Numbered from the stretch's first letter, positions 1-10,881 are shown. The stretch is DNA of 32,000 nt from Mycoplasma mycoides subsp. capri (GCF_018389705.1 NZ_CP065581.1:60001-92000), one strand, 5' to 3'. Numbers and translations are program-made. The notes: generated from the sequence alone by a model not told the origin.

Positions 1-260
1 GATTCAAAATTTTGTTTTAATAAACTATAATCTTTATTTATATTTAATATTTCTAGTTTTAAATTAAATTGTTTACATAAATTAGTAACAATCATTTGAT
101 CATTGTTTGAATCTGATCTAAAGTTATAATTAACATGACAAACTACTAAATTATTTGGATCAACTATTTTAACAACATTACACAATAAAAAAACACTATC
201 AGGTCCACCTGATACTGCTATTAGGTATTTTTTAGATTTATTAATATTAAACAAGCTCAT
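1..260 (-). CDS. tilS: tRNA(Ile)-lysidine synthase, N-terminal part (gene continues off the left edge)
   Basis: Reverse translation MSLFNINKSKKYLIAVSGGPDSVFFLCNNVV... with the PP-loop motif SGGPDS; ATG at 258-260. Confidence 0.9.
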   Translation of the reverse strand, partial: MSLFNINKSKKYLIAVSGGPDSVFLLCNVVKIVDPNNLVVCHVNYNFRSDSNNDQMIVTNLCKQFNLKLEILNINKDYSLLKQNFE

Positions 261-262
261 AA

Positions 263-1090
263 TTATTCAATTTTTAAAGTTTTAATTATTTTTTCAAAAC
301 GGTCGTGATCTTTAGTTAAGATTCTATTAAATAGAACCTGAACAACATATAGTAAAGAAAAGTTTGCAGAATGCTTAATTTTTTGTAATGGGTCAGCATC
401 AGTAACTGCGTATTTAATTCAATAATCACAAACACTAGAATATTTGTTTGGTTTATTCATTGAAATTAATCCAATTCTAGAACCATTTTTCTTTAATTGA
501 ACAATTGATTGATAAGTAGTAATGTTTTCTGCAAAGTGAGAAATAACAATAAATACTCAAGATGAATCAGAAATTTTAGTATAGTAATCTAATAAATCTT
601 GTTGATTAATGATTACTGGTGGAATACCAATTAGATTCATCTTTTCAGCAAGCTCAGTAACAGCATGATTTACACTATTATCATAAGAAATTAAAGCAAC
701 AGTTTTAGTGTTATAAATTGCTTTAACTAGCTTGTCAACTTGGTTTGTTTCAATTAAAGCATCAGTTGCATTAATAGCTTTACTAATTTCTTCAAATTTA
801 GAAATTTTTTTATCTTTGTTTTGAAGTAAAAGTCTATTTTGTTCTTCTTGTTGATTTAAATAAACTCTTAATAAAGTTTGAAGTTCACTAAACCCTGAAA
901 TATCTAAATGTCTTTGACAAAATCTAGTAATAGTAGCTGGAGAAGTATAAGTGATTTGAGCTACTTTTGAAATAGTTGAATTAGTAATTAATTCAATGTT
1001 ATCTAAAATGATTCTACTAGTAATTCCAGATGCACTAGAGTGCTCTTTTGATAATTGATCAAGTTTTAAAATTAATTTTGTAACATCCAT
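263..1090 (-). CDS. RpiR-family transcriptional regulator (HTH + SIS-like domain)
   Basis: N-terminal HTH (ITNSTISKVAQITYTSPATITRFCQRHLDISGFSELQ) and SIS-like C-terminus. Track ORF 557..1090 ends at an in-frame TGA (Trp); reading continues ...SSWVFIVISHFAENITTTYQ... to TAA at 263-265 (275 aa). Confidence 0.85.
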
Positions 1091-1141
1091 ATACTTATTC
1101 TTTCTATTTGAATTATATAATACTTCCTAGTATTTAATATA

Positions 1142-1864
1142 CTAGTCGTGAAAGTATTTTAACAATTCATCAGTATAAGTTTCATCATCATTATGTGTAA
1201 TTAAAGTTGGTAATAATTCCATTCCTTCATTTCCTTGATATATTCCATCTAATAAAATCATTTTTGCATTATCTATTTTTTTAGATTGAATTAATCTTAA
1301 TCTTTTTGGATAAATATTATATTTATAAAATAAATTAATAATTTCACTTAGTCTTTCACTTCTATGAACTATAGTAAAATTACCTTTATTTTTTAAACAT
1401 CTAGAAGCACTTTTAATAATATCTTCTAAAGTAATTAATAATTCATGTCTAGCATTAGCAACTTCTAAAGAAATTTCTTTTAGTTTAGGATTACCATCCA
1501 TTTTAAAAAAAGGAGGATTACATACAACTAAATCAAATTCTTGATTATGTAATTTACTAAACTCTTTAATATCAGCATGTACAATTTCAATTTGATCTTC
1601 TAAGCCATTTAACTTAATATTTTGTTTTGCTATTTCAACTGCTTTATGTTGAATTTCAACTCCAATGATTTTTGCTTTTGTGTATTTAGATAAAATCAAA
1701 GGAATAACAGCATTATTAGTCCCAAAATCACAAATCTTTTTTTTCTTACTATTTAAATTACAAAATCTAGCTACTAATACACTATCTAAAGTAAAATTAA
1801 ACATCTTATTATCTTGATATAATTTTCTATTTTTATATCCTAATAAATCATTTAAAACTTTCAT
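1142..1864 (-). CDS. tRNA1(Val) (adenine(37)-N6)-methyltransferase-like protein (TrmN6/YfiC family)
   Basis: SAM-dependent methyltransferase fold with the N6-adenine motif NPPF (LVVCNPPFFKMDG) and CDFGTNNAVIPL; ends at TAG. Confidence 0.85.
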   Translation of the reverse strand: MKVLNDLLGYKNRKLYQDNKMFNFTLDSVLVARFCNLNSKKKKICDFGTNNAVIPLILSKYTKAKIIGVEIQHKAVEIAKQNIKLNGLEDQIEIVHADIKEFSKLHNQEFDLVVCNPPFFKMDGNPKLKEISLEVANARHELLITLEDIIKSASRCLKNKGNFTIVHRSERLSEIINLFYKYNIYPKRLRLIQSKKIDNAKMILLDGIYQGNEGMELLPTLITHNDDETYTDELLKYFHD

Positions 1865-2604
1865 TAAATTTGTTCTACAATTCTAATTAAATAATTATCT
1901 ATAGCTATATTTGTAAGTGGTAAAAATTTTAGATCATCTAATAATTCTAAAGTACAACTAATTAAATTAGTAAATTGATAAATAATAGTTCTATTATATG
2001 CATCATCAATCATTTTAATTAGTTCATTTTTATTCATAGCTTTTATTTCTTTATTAAATAATAAAATCTCATCTTTATTTTTAGATATTAATAATTCTTC
2101 AAATTTATTAAGCTTATTATCTATTTTAGTTTCATTGTCTATATTAATTAACTGACAACGTGATCAAATAGTATTAATAATTTCACTATAATTATTAGTT
2201 AGTAAAATTCCATAAGTATTAATAGGTGGTTCTTCTAAAAATTTTAATAAAGAATTAGCAGCACTTTGTTTAAGATTTTGAGCGTTTTTAATTATAAAAA
2301 ACTTAATATTTTGTGTTGCAGTTGCTGATAAAGACATTTTATTAATTAGATCTAATACCTCTTGATTTGTTATATTAATATTATTTCCAATAGTTAGTAT
2401 ATCAACATGTGTGTTATTTTGTATTTGATCTTTTAATTTATTAAAATCAAGATCACTTACATTCTTATTAAAAGCATAATAAATAATTTGATAAATAACA
2501 TCTCAACTAGTTTGTTCATCTTTACAATTTAAAATAATGTTTGAAAATAAGTTATTATTGTCAATTAGTTTTTTTAATCTGCTAATTACTTGTTCTTTTT
2601 TCAT
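1864..2604 (-). CDS. holB: DNA polymerase III delta' subunit
   Basis: Reverse translation with TGA=Trp: [39 protein letters not shown]...[37 protein letters not shown]. Position between tmk and the methyltransferase gene is typical of Firmicutes/Mollicutes. Confidence 0.87.
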
Positions 2605-3223
2605 TTTCTTTAAGCTTTTCTAAAATTATTTTTATAGCTTGATTATAAACTTGATCAATATCTTGATTAGCATCAATTACTTTAATACGTTTGGGATTAT
2701 TTTTAACTAGTTCTAAATAACCTTGATATACTTTTTGTTTAAAATCACTTTTTTCTTTATCTAGTCTATTTTTTGAATTTTCTCCTCTTATTTGCATTCT
2801 TTTTTCAGCTTCACTAAAAGAAACATCAAAAAATAATGTTAGATCAGGTAAACAATTTTTTAAAACAATTTGTTGAACTTCACTAACTACATCAACACCA
2901 ATATTTCTAGCACTTCCTTGATAAGCACTAGTTGAATCAATAAAGCGATCTGAAATAACAATAATATTTTTTTCTAAAGCTGGCTTTATTACTTTTTGTA
3001 GATGTTGATTTCTTGAAGCTATAAATAATAAAGCCTCAGTTCAAGCATCCATATCTTTATTTTTATTATCTAAAATAATTTGTCTAATTTGTTCAGCAAT
3101 AGCTTCTCCACCAGGTTCTCTTGTAATTAAAACTTGATAATTTAATCTTTCTAGTTCTTCTTTTACTTTTAATAAAGCAGTAGTTTTTCCACTACCATCC
3201 ATTCCTTCAAATGTAATAAACAT
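2582..3223 (-). CDS. tmk: Thymidylate kinase
   Basis: [39 protein letters not shown] (P-loop plus REPGG) and C-terminus ...[24 protein letters not shown]; track ORFs joined through TGA=Trp. Confidence 0.95.
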
Positions 3224-3225
3224 TA

Positions 3226-3816
3226 TTATTCTCCATATTTTTTTCTATTAAGAAATGCACTTTGTAAAGTGAATTCATCCATATAATCTAAACTAGCTCC
3301 CATTGGTATTCCTTTAGCTAATCTTGTAATTTTAATGTTTTTAGTACTTAGTAATTTGTATAAATAATTAGCAGTTAACTCACCTTCAAAAGTAGAATTT
3401 AAAGCTAAAATAATTTCAGTATTATCATTAATTCTTTTAAAAATAGAACTAATGTTTAATTTATCAAATGTAATGTTTTTATTTAGATTAATTTCACCAT
3501 TTAAAATATGATAAACCCCTTTGTATTTATTAGTATTTTCAATGTTTTTTGCATCTAAAATTGTTGAAACTATACAAATTATATTTTGATTTCTATTCTC
3601 TAAACTGCATACTAAACATTTATCATTTTCACTTAAATACCCACATATTTTGCAAGTTGAAATTAATTGTTTTGCTTTATTTAATTGATCAATAAATTGA
3701 TCTAGTTTATCTTTATTTATTAATAAATCAACTAATAATCTTTCTGATGTTTTTTTAGTTAAACCTTGATTTGTTCTAATTGATTCAATAATTTCATCAA
3801 ATGTAGTTTCTAACAT
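3226..3816 (-). CDS. recR: Recombination protein RecR
   Basis: [13 protein letters not shown]...; zinc finger [16 protein letters not shown]; Toprim region; C-terminal [25 protein letters not shown]. Start may be GTG at 3825 or ATG at 3816. Confidence 0.95.
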   Translation of the reverse strand: MLETTFDEIIESIRTNQGLTKKTSERLLVDLLINKDKLDQFIDQLNKAKQLISTCKICGYLSENDKCLVCSLENRNQNIICIVSTILDAKNIENTNKYKGVYHILNGEINLNKNITFDKLNISSIFKRINDNTEIILALNSTFEGELTANYLYKLLSTKNIKITRLAKGIPMGASLDYMDEFTLQSAFLNRKKYGE

Positions 3817-3817
3817 T

Positions 3818-5779
3818 TTAATCACCTATCATAAAATCATCATTAAATAGATCTTTAGCTTTATTAATTAAATCTTGATCAATTTCATCATTAATAGTTA
3901 AATATTTTTCTTTTAATTGTTTTAAATTAATTTCACTATATTCAGATAATTTATTTTTATTTTTTAAATCAATAAAAATAGTTTTAATTTCATCTCACTT
4001 CATTTTATCAATAGCAAAAATTAAATATGGTTTTTTAAATCAATTATAAATTTGTTGTAAAACATGATTATCTAACATTGAATCATTAATTAAGTTAGCT
4101 TGTGCTTTTGTTTGAGTTTTTAAAACAATTACATCATTAGTTAAAGAAATGATCTTACTATCTAATAACATAAATAATTCAGAAGCTATTTGGGCATTTA
4201 CTAATTGATCATCATTTTGTAAAAATAAGTCTTCAAGTAATTGTTCAATATTATGGATTTGATTTTTATAGTTTTTAGTTTCTATTAAAATACTAATTAA
4301 ATCTTCATTAAAAAGCATTTTTACTTTACTATCTATTGCTTGAGAAATATGAATATTAAATTTTATTTTTAATTCACTAAGAGTTTTACAAATCTCATCT
4401 ATTGTTTGTTCTTTTTGATTATAAAAATCAAACTCATTAATTGGATCATCTAAATTAGTACTATCTAGTGGTTTGTCATTTTCAATAGTGTTTTTAATTA
4501 AGGTTTGATCCTCAAGATCTTTTGTTAATGACAAATCATCAATTATAGGTTGTTGTATAACAGGTTCATCAATTATAGCTTCATCAATTATAGGTTCATC
4601 TAAAACTTCAGGTGTTATATCATTTGGTTTTAAAATTTCTTGATTTTGTTCAACTTGTTTTGTGCTTATAGTTTTTGATACTGCTTGTAAGTTGTTATTA
4701 TTTGAATTAATTGTTTTTAATAAACTTAATAATAAATAATTAAAACTAATGTTAGCGGCTTTTGTTTTAAAATAAGCTTCAGCTAGATTATCAGCTAGTA
4801 TAAAGAGATTATTAACATTTATATTATTAAATTGTTCAACTTCATTTTTTTCTAAGATATTTAAAAACTCAGTGTTATTAGTTAGTTTATATTCAATAAT
4901 TTCTTTTAAAATCTCAATTAAACCTAAAGCAAAAACATCTCAATTCATTCCCTGATCATTTGCTTTTTGAAAATAAGAAATTATAAAACTAGTGTTATTA
5001 TTTAATGATTGATGAATAACTTGTAATTGTTCTTGTTTTGTTGCAATTAGAAAAATTGATTTTAGAGTTTTTATAGTAATTAGATCATCTGTAGCTAACA
5101 TTAATTGTTCTAAAATATTAATTGCATCTCTTAAAGAACCTTCTGAAAGATAAAATATTTCATCTAAAACTTCTTTTTCGATCTGATAATTTTCTTGATT
5201 TGCTATATATTGCAAGCGGTTTTTTAAAGAATTTTTATCAATTTTTGTAAAGTTAAAAATTTGACATCTTGATAGAATAGTTTGAGGGATTTTATTAAAT
5301 TCAGTAGTTGCTAAAATAAAAATTGCATAAACTGGAGGTTCTTCTAAAGTTTTTAATAAAGCATTAAAAGCTTGTTTTGTTAACATATGAACTTCATCAA
5401 TAATATAAACTTTATATTTACTATTTAATGGTAAAGTTGAAACCGAATTTTTAATTTCTCTAATTTCATCAACACCATTATTTGAAGCAGCATCGATTTC
5501 AATAATATCGATTAATTGGTTTTGATTTGCTAATTTACAATTATTGCATTGTTCACAAGCTGTTGAGTTTGTTAAATTTAAACAATTAATAGTTTTTGCA
5601 AAAATTCTAGCAACACTTGTTTTTCCAGTTCCTCTTTGACCAGAAAATAATAAAGCATGATTTATTCTATTATCTTTAATTTGTTTTTCTAGTATTTCTT
5701 TTATGTTATTATGACCAGCAACACTATTAAAATCTTTTGGTCTATATGTTCTATATAAAGATTGTTTATTTGTATTCAT
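3818..5779 (-). CDS. dnaX: DNA polymerase III gamma/tau subunit
   Basis: MNTNKQSLYRTYRPKDFNSVAGHNNIKEILEKQIKDNRINHALLFSGQRGTGKTSVARIFAKTINC...; zinc motif; DEVHMLTKQAFNALLKTLEEPP. ORFs 4940..5791 and 4040..4534 are in the same frame and joined by TGA=Trp; ends TAA 3818-3820. GGAGGG ribosome-binding site 5' of ATG 5779. Confidence 0.95.
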
Positions 5780-5860
5780 TTTACCCTCCAACTAATATAA
5801 TTTTATCTTATATTAGTACTTGATTAGATAAACAAATACTAGTAGTTTATATTAGAAAAA

Positions 5861-6304
5861 TTATCTTTTGTTAATAAAAAAATTATTTAATAATTTAATG
5901 TATTCTGATTGTTTATTGTGGTTTTTTATTTGAATTAAATTAAGGTTTTGATCATTAATACTATAGTTATTTTGAATACCAAATTTATAACTATCAACTA
6001 AATAATAAATAGTATTAATTTTTGCTTGTTTAATTGCTGAATAACACATCATACAAGGCTCTAAAGTTGTAATTAGTTTATATTCAGATAAATTAAAAGT
6101 ATTTAGTTTGTTAATTAGTTTGTTAATAGCATTAATTTCAGCATGCTGAGAAATATTTTTATTTTTATATCTTGTATTAATAGACATAGTCAAAATATTG
6201 TTATTGTTATCAATAATACAACAACAAACTGGTATATCATTATGTTTAATTGCTTTTTTAGATTGATTGATCATTAGATCTAAGATGTTATTAAAATCAC
6301 TCAT
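5861..6304 (-). CDS. tadA: tRNA-specific adenosine deaminase (cytidine/deoxycytidylate deaminase fold)
   Basis: [11 protein letters not shown] and [12 protein letters not shown] zinc-deaminase motifs. Confidence 0.88.
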   Translation of the reverse strand: MSDFNNILDLMINQSKKAIKHNDIPVCCCIIDNNNNILTMSINTRYKNKNISQHAEINAINKLINKLNTFNLSEYKLITTLEPCMMCYSAIKQAKINTIYYLVDSYKFGIQNNYSINDQNLNLIQIKNHNKQSEYIKLLNNFFINKR

Positions 6305-6319
6305 AGTTTTTCAAATAAA

Positions 6320-6399
6320 AAACCGCAATACAGAACACTTTTCCTTATAGCTGCTACCTTCCGGTCCTAACTCGTTCAGATGTTATTCTTATCGCGGCG
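6320..6399 (-). ncRNA. ffs: Signal recognition particle RNA (small bacterial 4.5S type)
   Basis: Reverse complement contains GAACGAGTTAGGACCGGAAGGTAGCAGCTATAAGG, the SRP RNA helix-8 tetraloop/asymmetric-loop signature; ends pair CCGCGAUA/UAUUGCGG; T-rich 3' end. Confidence 0.92.
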
Positions 6400-6404
6400 T
6401 TATA

Positions 6405-6433
6405 ATTATATTATATTTTTAAGTCTTATTCAA
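6405..6433 (-). promoter_or_regulatory. Promoter for ffs: -35 TTGAAT (6428-6433), 17-nt spacer, -10 TATAAT (6405-6410)
   Basis: Read on the reverse strand; predicted start is about 6398, matching the RNA 5' end. Confidence 0.75.
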
Positions 6434-6444
6434 TTAAGTAGATA

Positions 6445-7407
6445 TTAATCTTTATAATCACCTAATAAAACATAATCAACACGTTTTATTGCTTGTAAAT
6501 CTTTTCCACCAGCATATGAAATTGATGATTGTAAGTCTTCAGTCATTTCTTTTAAAGTATCAAAAATACTTCCTCTAATTTTAATTAGTTCTTTTTTACC
6601 TTCAACATAACGTTTTTCACTTTTATTATATTCACTAGCTGATCCATAATATTCTTTATAAATACAATTATCGATTTCAACTTCTTTTCCAGGTGATTCT
6701 AAATGTGCAGCAAACAAACTTCCAATCATACAAAAACTAGCACCCATTCTAATAGATTTTGCAATATCTCCATGAACTCTTAATCCACCATCAGCAATAA
6801 TTGGTTTTGATGCAGTTTTTGCACAATATTTAAGTGCAGATAGTTGTCATCCACCAGTTCCAAAACCTGTTTTTAATTTAGTAATACATACTTTTCCTGG
6901 ACCAATTCCAACCTTAGTAGCATCAGCTCCTCATAATTCTAAATCTCTAACTGCTTTTGGTGTTGCTACATTTCCAGCAATAATAAAAACTTGATCTTTC
7001 ATTTTTTCTCTAATATAACTAATTATATTTTTAACACTTAAAGCATGACCATGAGCTATATCAATTGTTATATAATCTGGAATTAAATTTTGTTCAACCA
7101 TTTGATCTACTAATTTATATTCATCAGGTTTAACACCTAAAGAAATTGAAGTTATCAAGTTTTTATCTTTCATGTTTTTAATGAATTTTATTTGATCAAC
7201 ATTAAATCTATGCATTATATAAAAATAGCCATTTTTTGCTAATTTTTCAGCTAATTCTTCATTAATTATTGTTGCCATATTTGCAGGCACAACAGGCAAT
7301 TTAAAAGTATGTTTTCCTAAAGTTGCAGTAGTATTGCATTCTTTTCTTGAATTAACAATACACATTTCAGGAATAAGCTGCACATCATCATAATCAAATA
7401 TCTTCAT
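6445..7407 (-). CDS. guaC: GMP reductase
   Basis: [68 protein letters not shown]...; [26 protein letters not shown]...; track ORFs are in frame and joined through TGA=Trp. Confidence 0.93.
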
Positions 7408-7471
7408 AAAAATTTCTCCTTAAAAAACATATTATAAATTAATAGAGTAAAAATATCTATTTAAACATAAT

Positions 7472-7492
7472 AAAAACGGCTATGCCGTTTAT
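7472..7492 (-). terminator. Rho-independent terminator after the 7504..8118 gene
   Basis: AAACGGC-ATA-GCCGTTT stem followed by T-rich sequence on the minus strand. Confidence 0.7.
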
Positions 7493-7503
7493 TTAAAAAC
7501 AAT

Positions 7504-8118
7504 TTATCTAGTAATTATTATTTTACTTATCTTTTTAGATTTTTTAAAAATCCTTTTATTTAAACCAACCACAGCTCCACAAATTGATATTGCTAGTAAT
7601 GTTAAACCAGCACCAATACTAATTGCTATTTGTTGTGTTTTATCTAATTGATTTGAATCTAGTTTATTTTTTGACTCATTAATTAAATCAATAATTTGAG
7701 AAGGATCATTATTTTTAAAGTATTTTTCATCACTATTTAAAACTTTAAATAGTTGTTCATATTCTTTTAACTTAATCTTAAGTTTTTCTTTTTCTTTTAA
7801 AAGTTCATTATTTGAATTATATTCATTATTTAAAAATTCTTTAAATTCTAATAATTCAGTTTTAATTTTTAAATAATCTTTTAATTTAGCTTTTAATTCT
7901 TTATTTTCTTCTAGTAATTTTTTATTAGAAGAAAATTCTTGATCTAATAGCTCTTTATATTCCATAACTTCTTTTTTTAGTTTTTCAAGTTCTACTGAAG
8001 TTTGGCTTTTTAAAACTAAATTAGAGTTATTTAAATCGTTATTTTTTAAATAAGCACTAAAAATAATTGTTGAAATTAATAAAAAATTAAGACCCAATAT
8101 ATTAAATAACTTTTTCAT
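7504..8118 (-). CDS. Hypothetical membrane protein: N-terminal TM/signal, coiled coil with internal duplication, C-terminal TM and basic tail
   Basis: MKKLFNILGLNFLLISTIIFSAYL...; heptad-rich E/K/L region; TQQIAISIGAGLTLLAISICGAVVGLNKRIFKKSKKISKIIITR. Confidence 0.8.
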   Translation of the reverse strand: MKKLFNILGLNFLLISTIIFSAYLKNNDLNNSNLVLKSQTSVELEKLKKEVMEYKELLDQEFSSNKKLLEENKELKAKLKDYLKIKTELLEFKEFLNNEYNSNNELLKEKEKLKIKLKEYEQLFKVLNSDEKYFKNNDPSQIIDLINESKNKLDSNQLDKTQQIAISIGAGLTLLAISICGAVVGLNKRIFKKSKKISKIIITR

Positions 8119-8241
8119 AATTATTTAACCCTCATACATTTGTATTCTATAAACTATTTAATTATATTAATGTTTTTTAGATATTACAATGTGGGTTTTA
8201 ATTAGTATTAAAGCTAAATAAAAAAAGAAGTATAAACTTCT

Positions 8242-8562
8242 TTATTTTTGGTTTATAACAATGAAATTGTCAGCTTTTTTTTCTGCAAAAGTTCCCTTTT
8301 TTAAAATGATTCTAAATAAATCAATAAATAGTAGAATTCCAAGTGTTAAAAAGCGTAATAATCAGAATAAAAGTCTTCATAATGCAAGTTTAAACATTTT
8401 ATTACTACTATATTTAGTTCCAGTTGCTCTCATTCCTCAAGATGGGCTACCTTTAATATATAAAATAATAAAAATAATTAGGTAAATACCTAAAGTAAAT
8501 ACTAATGCTAAAGAGTCAATAAGACTTTTAAAAACTCTTCTTCAAAATCCGGCTATTTTCAT
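8242..8562 (-). CDS. RDD-family membrane protein
   Basis: Missed by the track because of TGA=Trp codons. Reverse translation MKIAGFWRRVFKSLIDSLALVFTLGIYLIIFIILYIKGSPSWGMRATGTKYSSNKMFKLALWRLLFWLLRFLTLGILLFIDLFRIILKKGTFAEKKADNFIVINQK; AGAAGGA ribosome-binding site upstream. Confidence 0.75.
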
Positions 8563-8576
8563 TTCTGTCCTTCTAA

Positions 8577-8592
8577 TTTTTTTTTTTTTTTT
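8577..8592. repeat. 16-nt homopolymer (poly-T on +; poly-A upstream of the RDD gene on -)
   Basis: Uninterrupted T run spanning the 8521 and 8581 sequence lines. Confidence 0.9.
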
Positions 8593-8617
8593 AAACTATT
8601 CAATAATAAGTATATTA

Positions 8618-8650
8618 TTTTACTTTTTAATGAAAAGTACTAAAGTAAAA
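8618..8650 (-). terminator. Probable terminator hairpin after the DUF31 lipoprotein gene
   Basis: TTTTACTTT ... AAAGTAAAA 9-bp arms (8618-8626/8642-8650) overlapping an alternative TACTTTT/AAAAGTA stem (8621-8627/8633-8639). Followed by A/T-rich sequence; only a weak U-tract on the minus strand. Confidence 0.4.
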
Positions 8651-8671
8651 AAATAAGGCTTTTAAACAAGT

Positions 8672-10780
8672 TTATGGATTCAAACTAATAGTTTTTAACT
8701 TATCCTTTTTTAATTTTTCTATTAATCCATCTATTATTTTAGGTGATTGGTTATTTTTTGTTAAATAATCATTACTTAGTGAATTAAATAGAATAACACC
8801 ATTAGTTTGCACATATGCAGGTAAAGTAAACTTTTTTCCAGCATAGTCAGGTAGTGGAATTGAAATATATTTACTTCCAGGAACGTCTTGAACTTCAGTA
8901 TTTAAAATTCCAATTACATTAAATGATGAATCGATAACCATAGATCCAGATGCACCTTGTTTTAGTGCAAGTTGACCAAAAGGAATGTTTGTATATAAAG
9001 TTGAAAATTGGTCAGCAATTGTTAGATTCATCCCATGTTCTTTGTCAACAAATGGTTTTTCATATTTTTGTCAATTATTATTTAATGAATTGTATTCCTT
9101 ATTTTTGTTTTGATCATATTTTAGTCAAATATCTCTAAAGTAAATATCTTCTAAAATCTTTCTTTGTGTTGAAATTAGGCCACCTTCAGATTTAAGTCCT
9201 CTAAACTGAGTGCCACTTATAAAAGGATTTCAGTTCTTTGGATATCCTGCATAAAATTGAGTTTGTAAAGGACTAAATTTATTTTTATTAAACTTAATGT
9301 ATCAATCTTTTTCTTCTTTTTTGTCAATTACTTCTGCTAGGCTTGGAAGAAGTTGCTTTAATTTATTTTTTTCAATCTTTAAACGTAAAGTTAAAAAATC
9401 AGCACCAGAATTATTGGTTTTAGATAAATAATCATTATCTTTGAAATACAAAGACTTTTTATTAAAATCTTTGAAATAAATATTATCAGCACCATATCTA
9501 GGTGTATAGTAAGGAGCAACTAAATATTGTGAATAAGCATCAAAAGCATCAAATGATTTATTTTTATCAACATCTGTTTCAACTAAACCGTTTTTATTAT
9601 CTATTTTTTTTGTTCTATTAGCTTTTAAATAAACTTTCATATTTCTATTGTCATCAGTATCTTTGGTATTTTTACCATCATAAAATCCAACAGGAAATTC
9701 TTTTCATTTTTGATCTGATACTTTATTATTAAAAATACTTTTATCAAAAGTTTTTCTTAAACTAAATACATGAATATTTGTAGCTAATAAAAGTTCATAA
9801 TTATCTTTATCAGTTTTATTGTCAATTCTATCTATTACTCAAGCAGTTCCTGAAGCATTAGCAAAATTTAATCTTGGATGTTCTTTTAAAGTTTTTTCGT
9901 CTTGATCAATAACTCATTGTTTTACATTAATTTCTAATTGAAAACTACGTTCATGAATGTATTTAAAATAATCATTATTAGTTTTTAAAAAATTATTTTT
10001 ATCTTTATCAGTTTTATAATAATATTTTTTATTTTTTGTTTTAATCAATAGCTCAAAACTTCCTTTAATATCATCATGTTTAGACTTTAAAAAAATAATA
10101 TCTTTTATTTTAAAAAGTTTTTCTAGTGATTCAAAATTAGCATAAGATAATAGCTGACTTAAATTTGATGGTAAAAACCCAAAAGGATTTGTTTTAACTA
10201 GGTTTTTAAAGTCAAAATCTGTAGTAGTTAAATTTCTAATTTCTTCATCTTTTAATTGTTCTAGTTTTTGTTGTTTTATTGAATAAGAAAGTGGAATGTG
10301 TGGATTATAAAATTTAGTTCTACTAATTTTATCTTCTCCGATGTTTCCATATTCTCCTAATTTTGAGGCAAGTTCTCAATAGTTTTTTTGATATTCTTTA
10401 TGATCATAAAGAGTAAAATCAATATTATTATTTTTTACAAAGTTATTAAATTCTTTTTGACCAATTATATAGTCTTTAGTTTGTTTATGAATTTGATATG
10501 GTGTTAGATTTTGTAATTGATTAATATCTAAAAAATGTGAGTTAAATAGTTGAATTTCATCATTTTTATCTATTTTATTTTTTGAATCACTTTGATTCTG
10601 ATTCTGATTTTGATTTGTTTGATTATTTTGATTTTGGTTATTATTTGAATTGCTATTGTTATTAGGTTTTTGATCAATTTTATTTGAATCAGTTTTATAA
10701 CAAGAAATAGTTGAAACACTTGGAATAACAACAATACTTGATATAAAAACAAATTTAAGTTTATTTATTAATTTATTCAT
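8672..10780 (-). CDS. DUF31-family serine-protease-like lipoprotein (mycoplasma Ig-protease/MIP-type family)
   Basis: Lipobox SVSTISC; N/Q-rich linker; GTAWVID...ELLLATNIHVF (His), GADFLTLRLKI (Asp), QGASGSMVIDSSFNVIGI (Ser). Three track ORFs (10376.., 9302.., 8672..) are in one frame with TGA=Trp. Confidence 0.88.
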
Positions 10781-10852
10781 GTAGGAATTCTCCAACATAA
10801 TTTTAGTATTAATTTATAGTATTTATTATTTCAAAAATTGAATTTAATTTAA

Positions 10853-10881
10853 CAAAAAAACCTTAATAAAACTATTAAGGT
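10853..10881 (-). terminator. Rho-independent terminator after the peroxiredoxin gene
   Basis: Minus strand ACCTTAATA-GTTT-TATTAAGGT followed by TTTTTTT. Confidence 0.8.

Noticed and set aside
8261-8485. Plus-strand ORF of 74 aa
   Set aside because: Lies opposite the RDD-family gene, which has a ribosome-binding site, a family pattern and proper UGA-Trp usage on the minus strand.
8950-9138. Plus-strand ORF of 62 aa
   Set aside because: Antisense to the conserved GASGS protease region of the DUF31 lipoprotein; no family resemblance.
10570-10752. Minus-strand ORF of 60 aa (KIIKQIKIRIRIKVIQ...)
   Set aside because: Shifted-frame reading of the N/Q-rich linker and signal peptide of the DUF31 lipoprotein.
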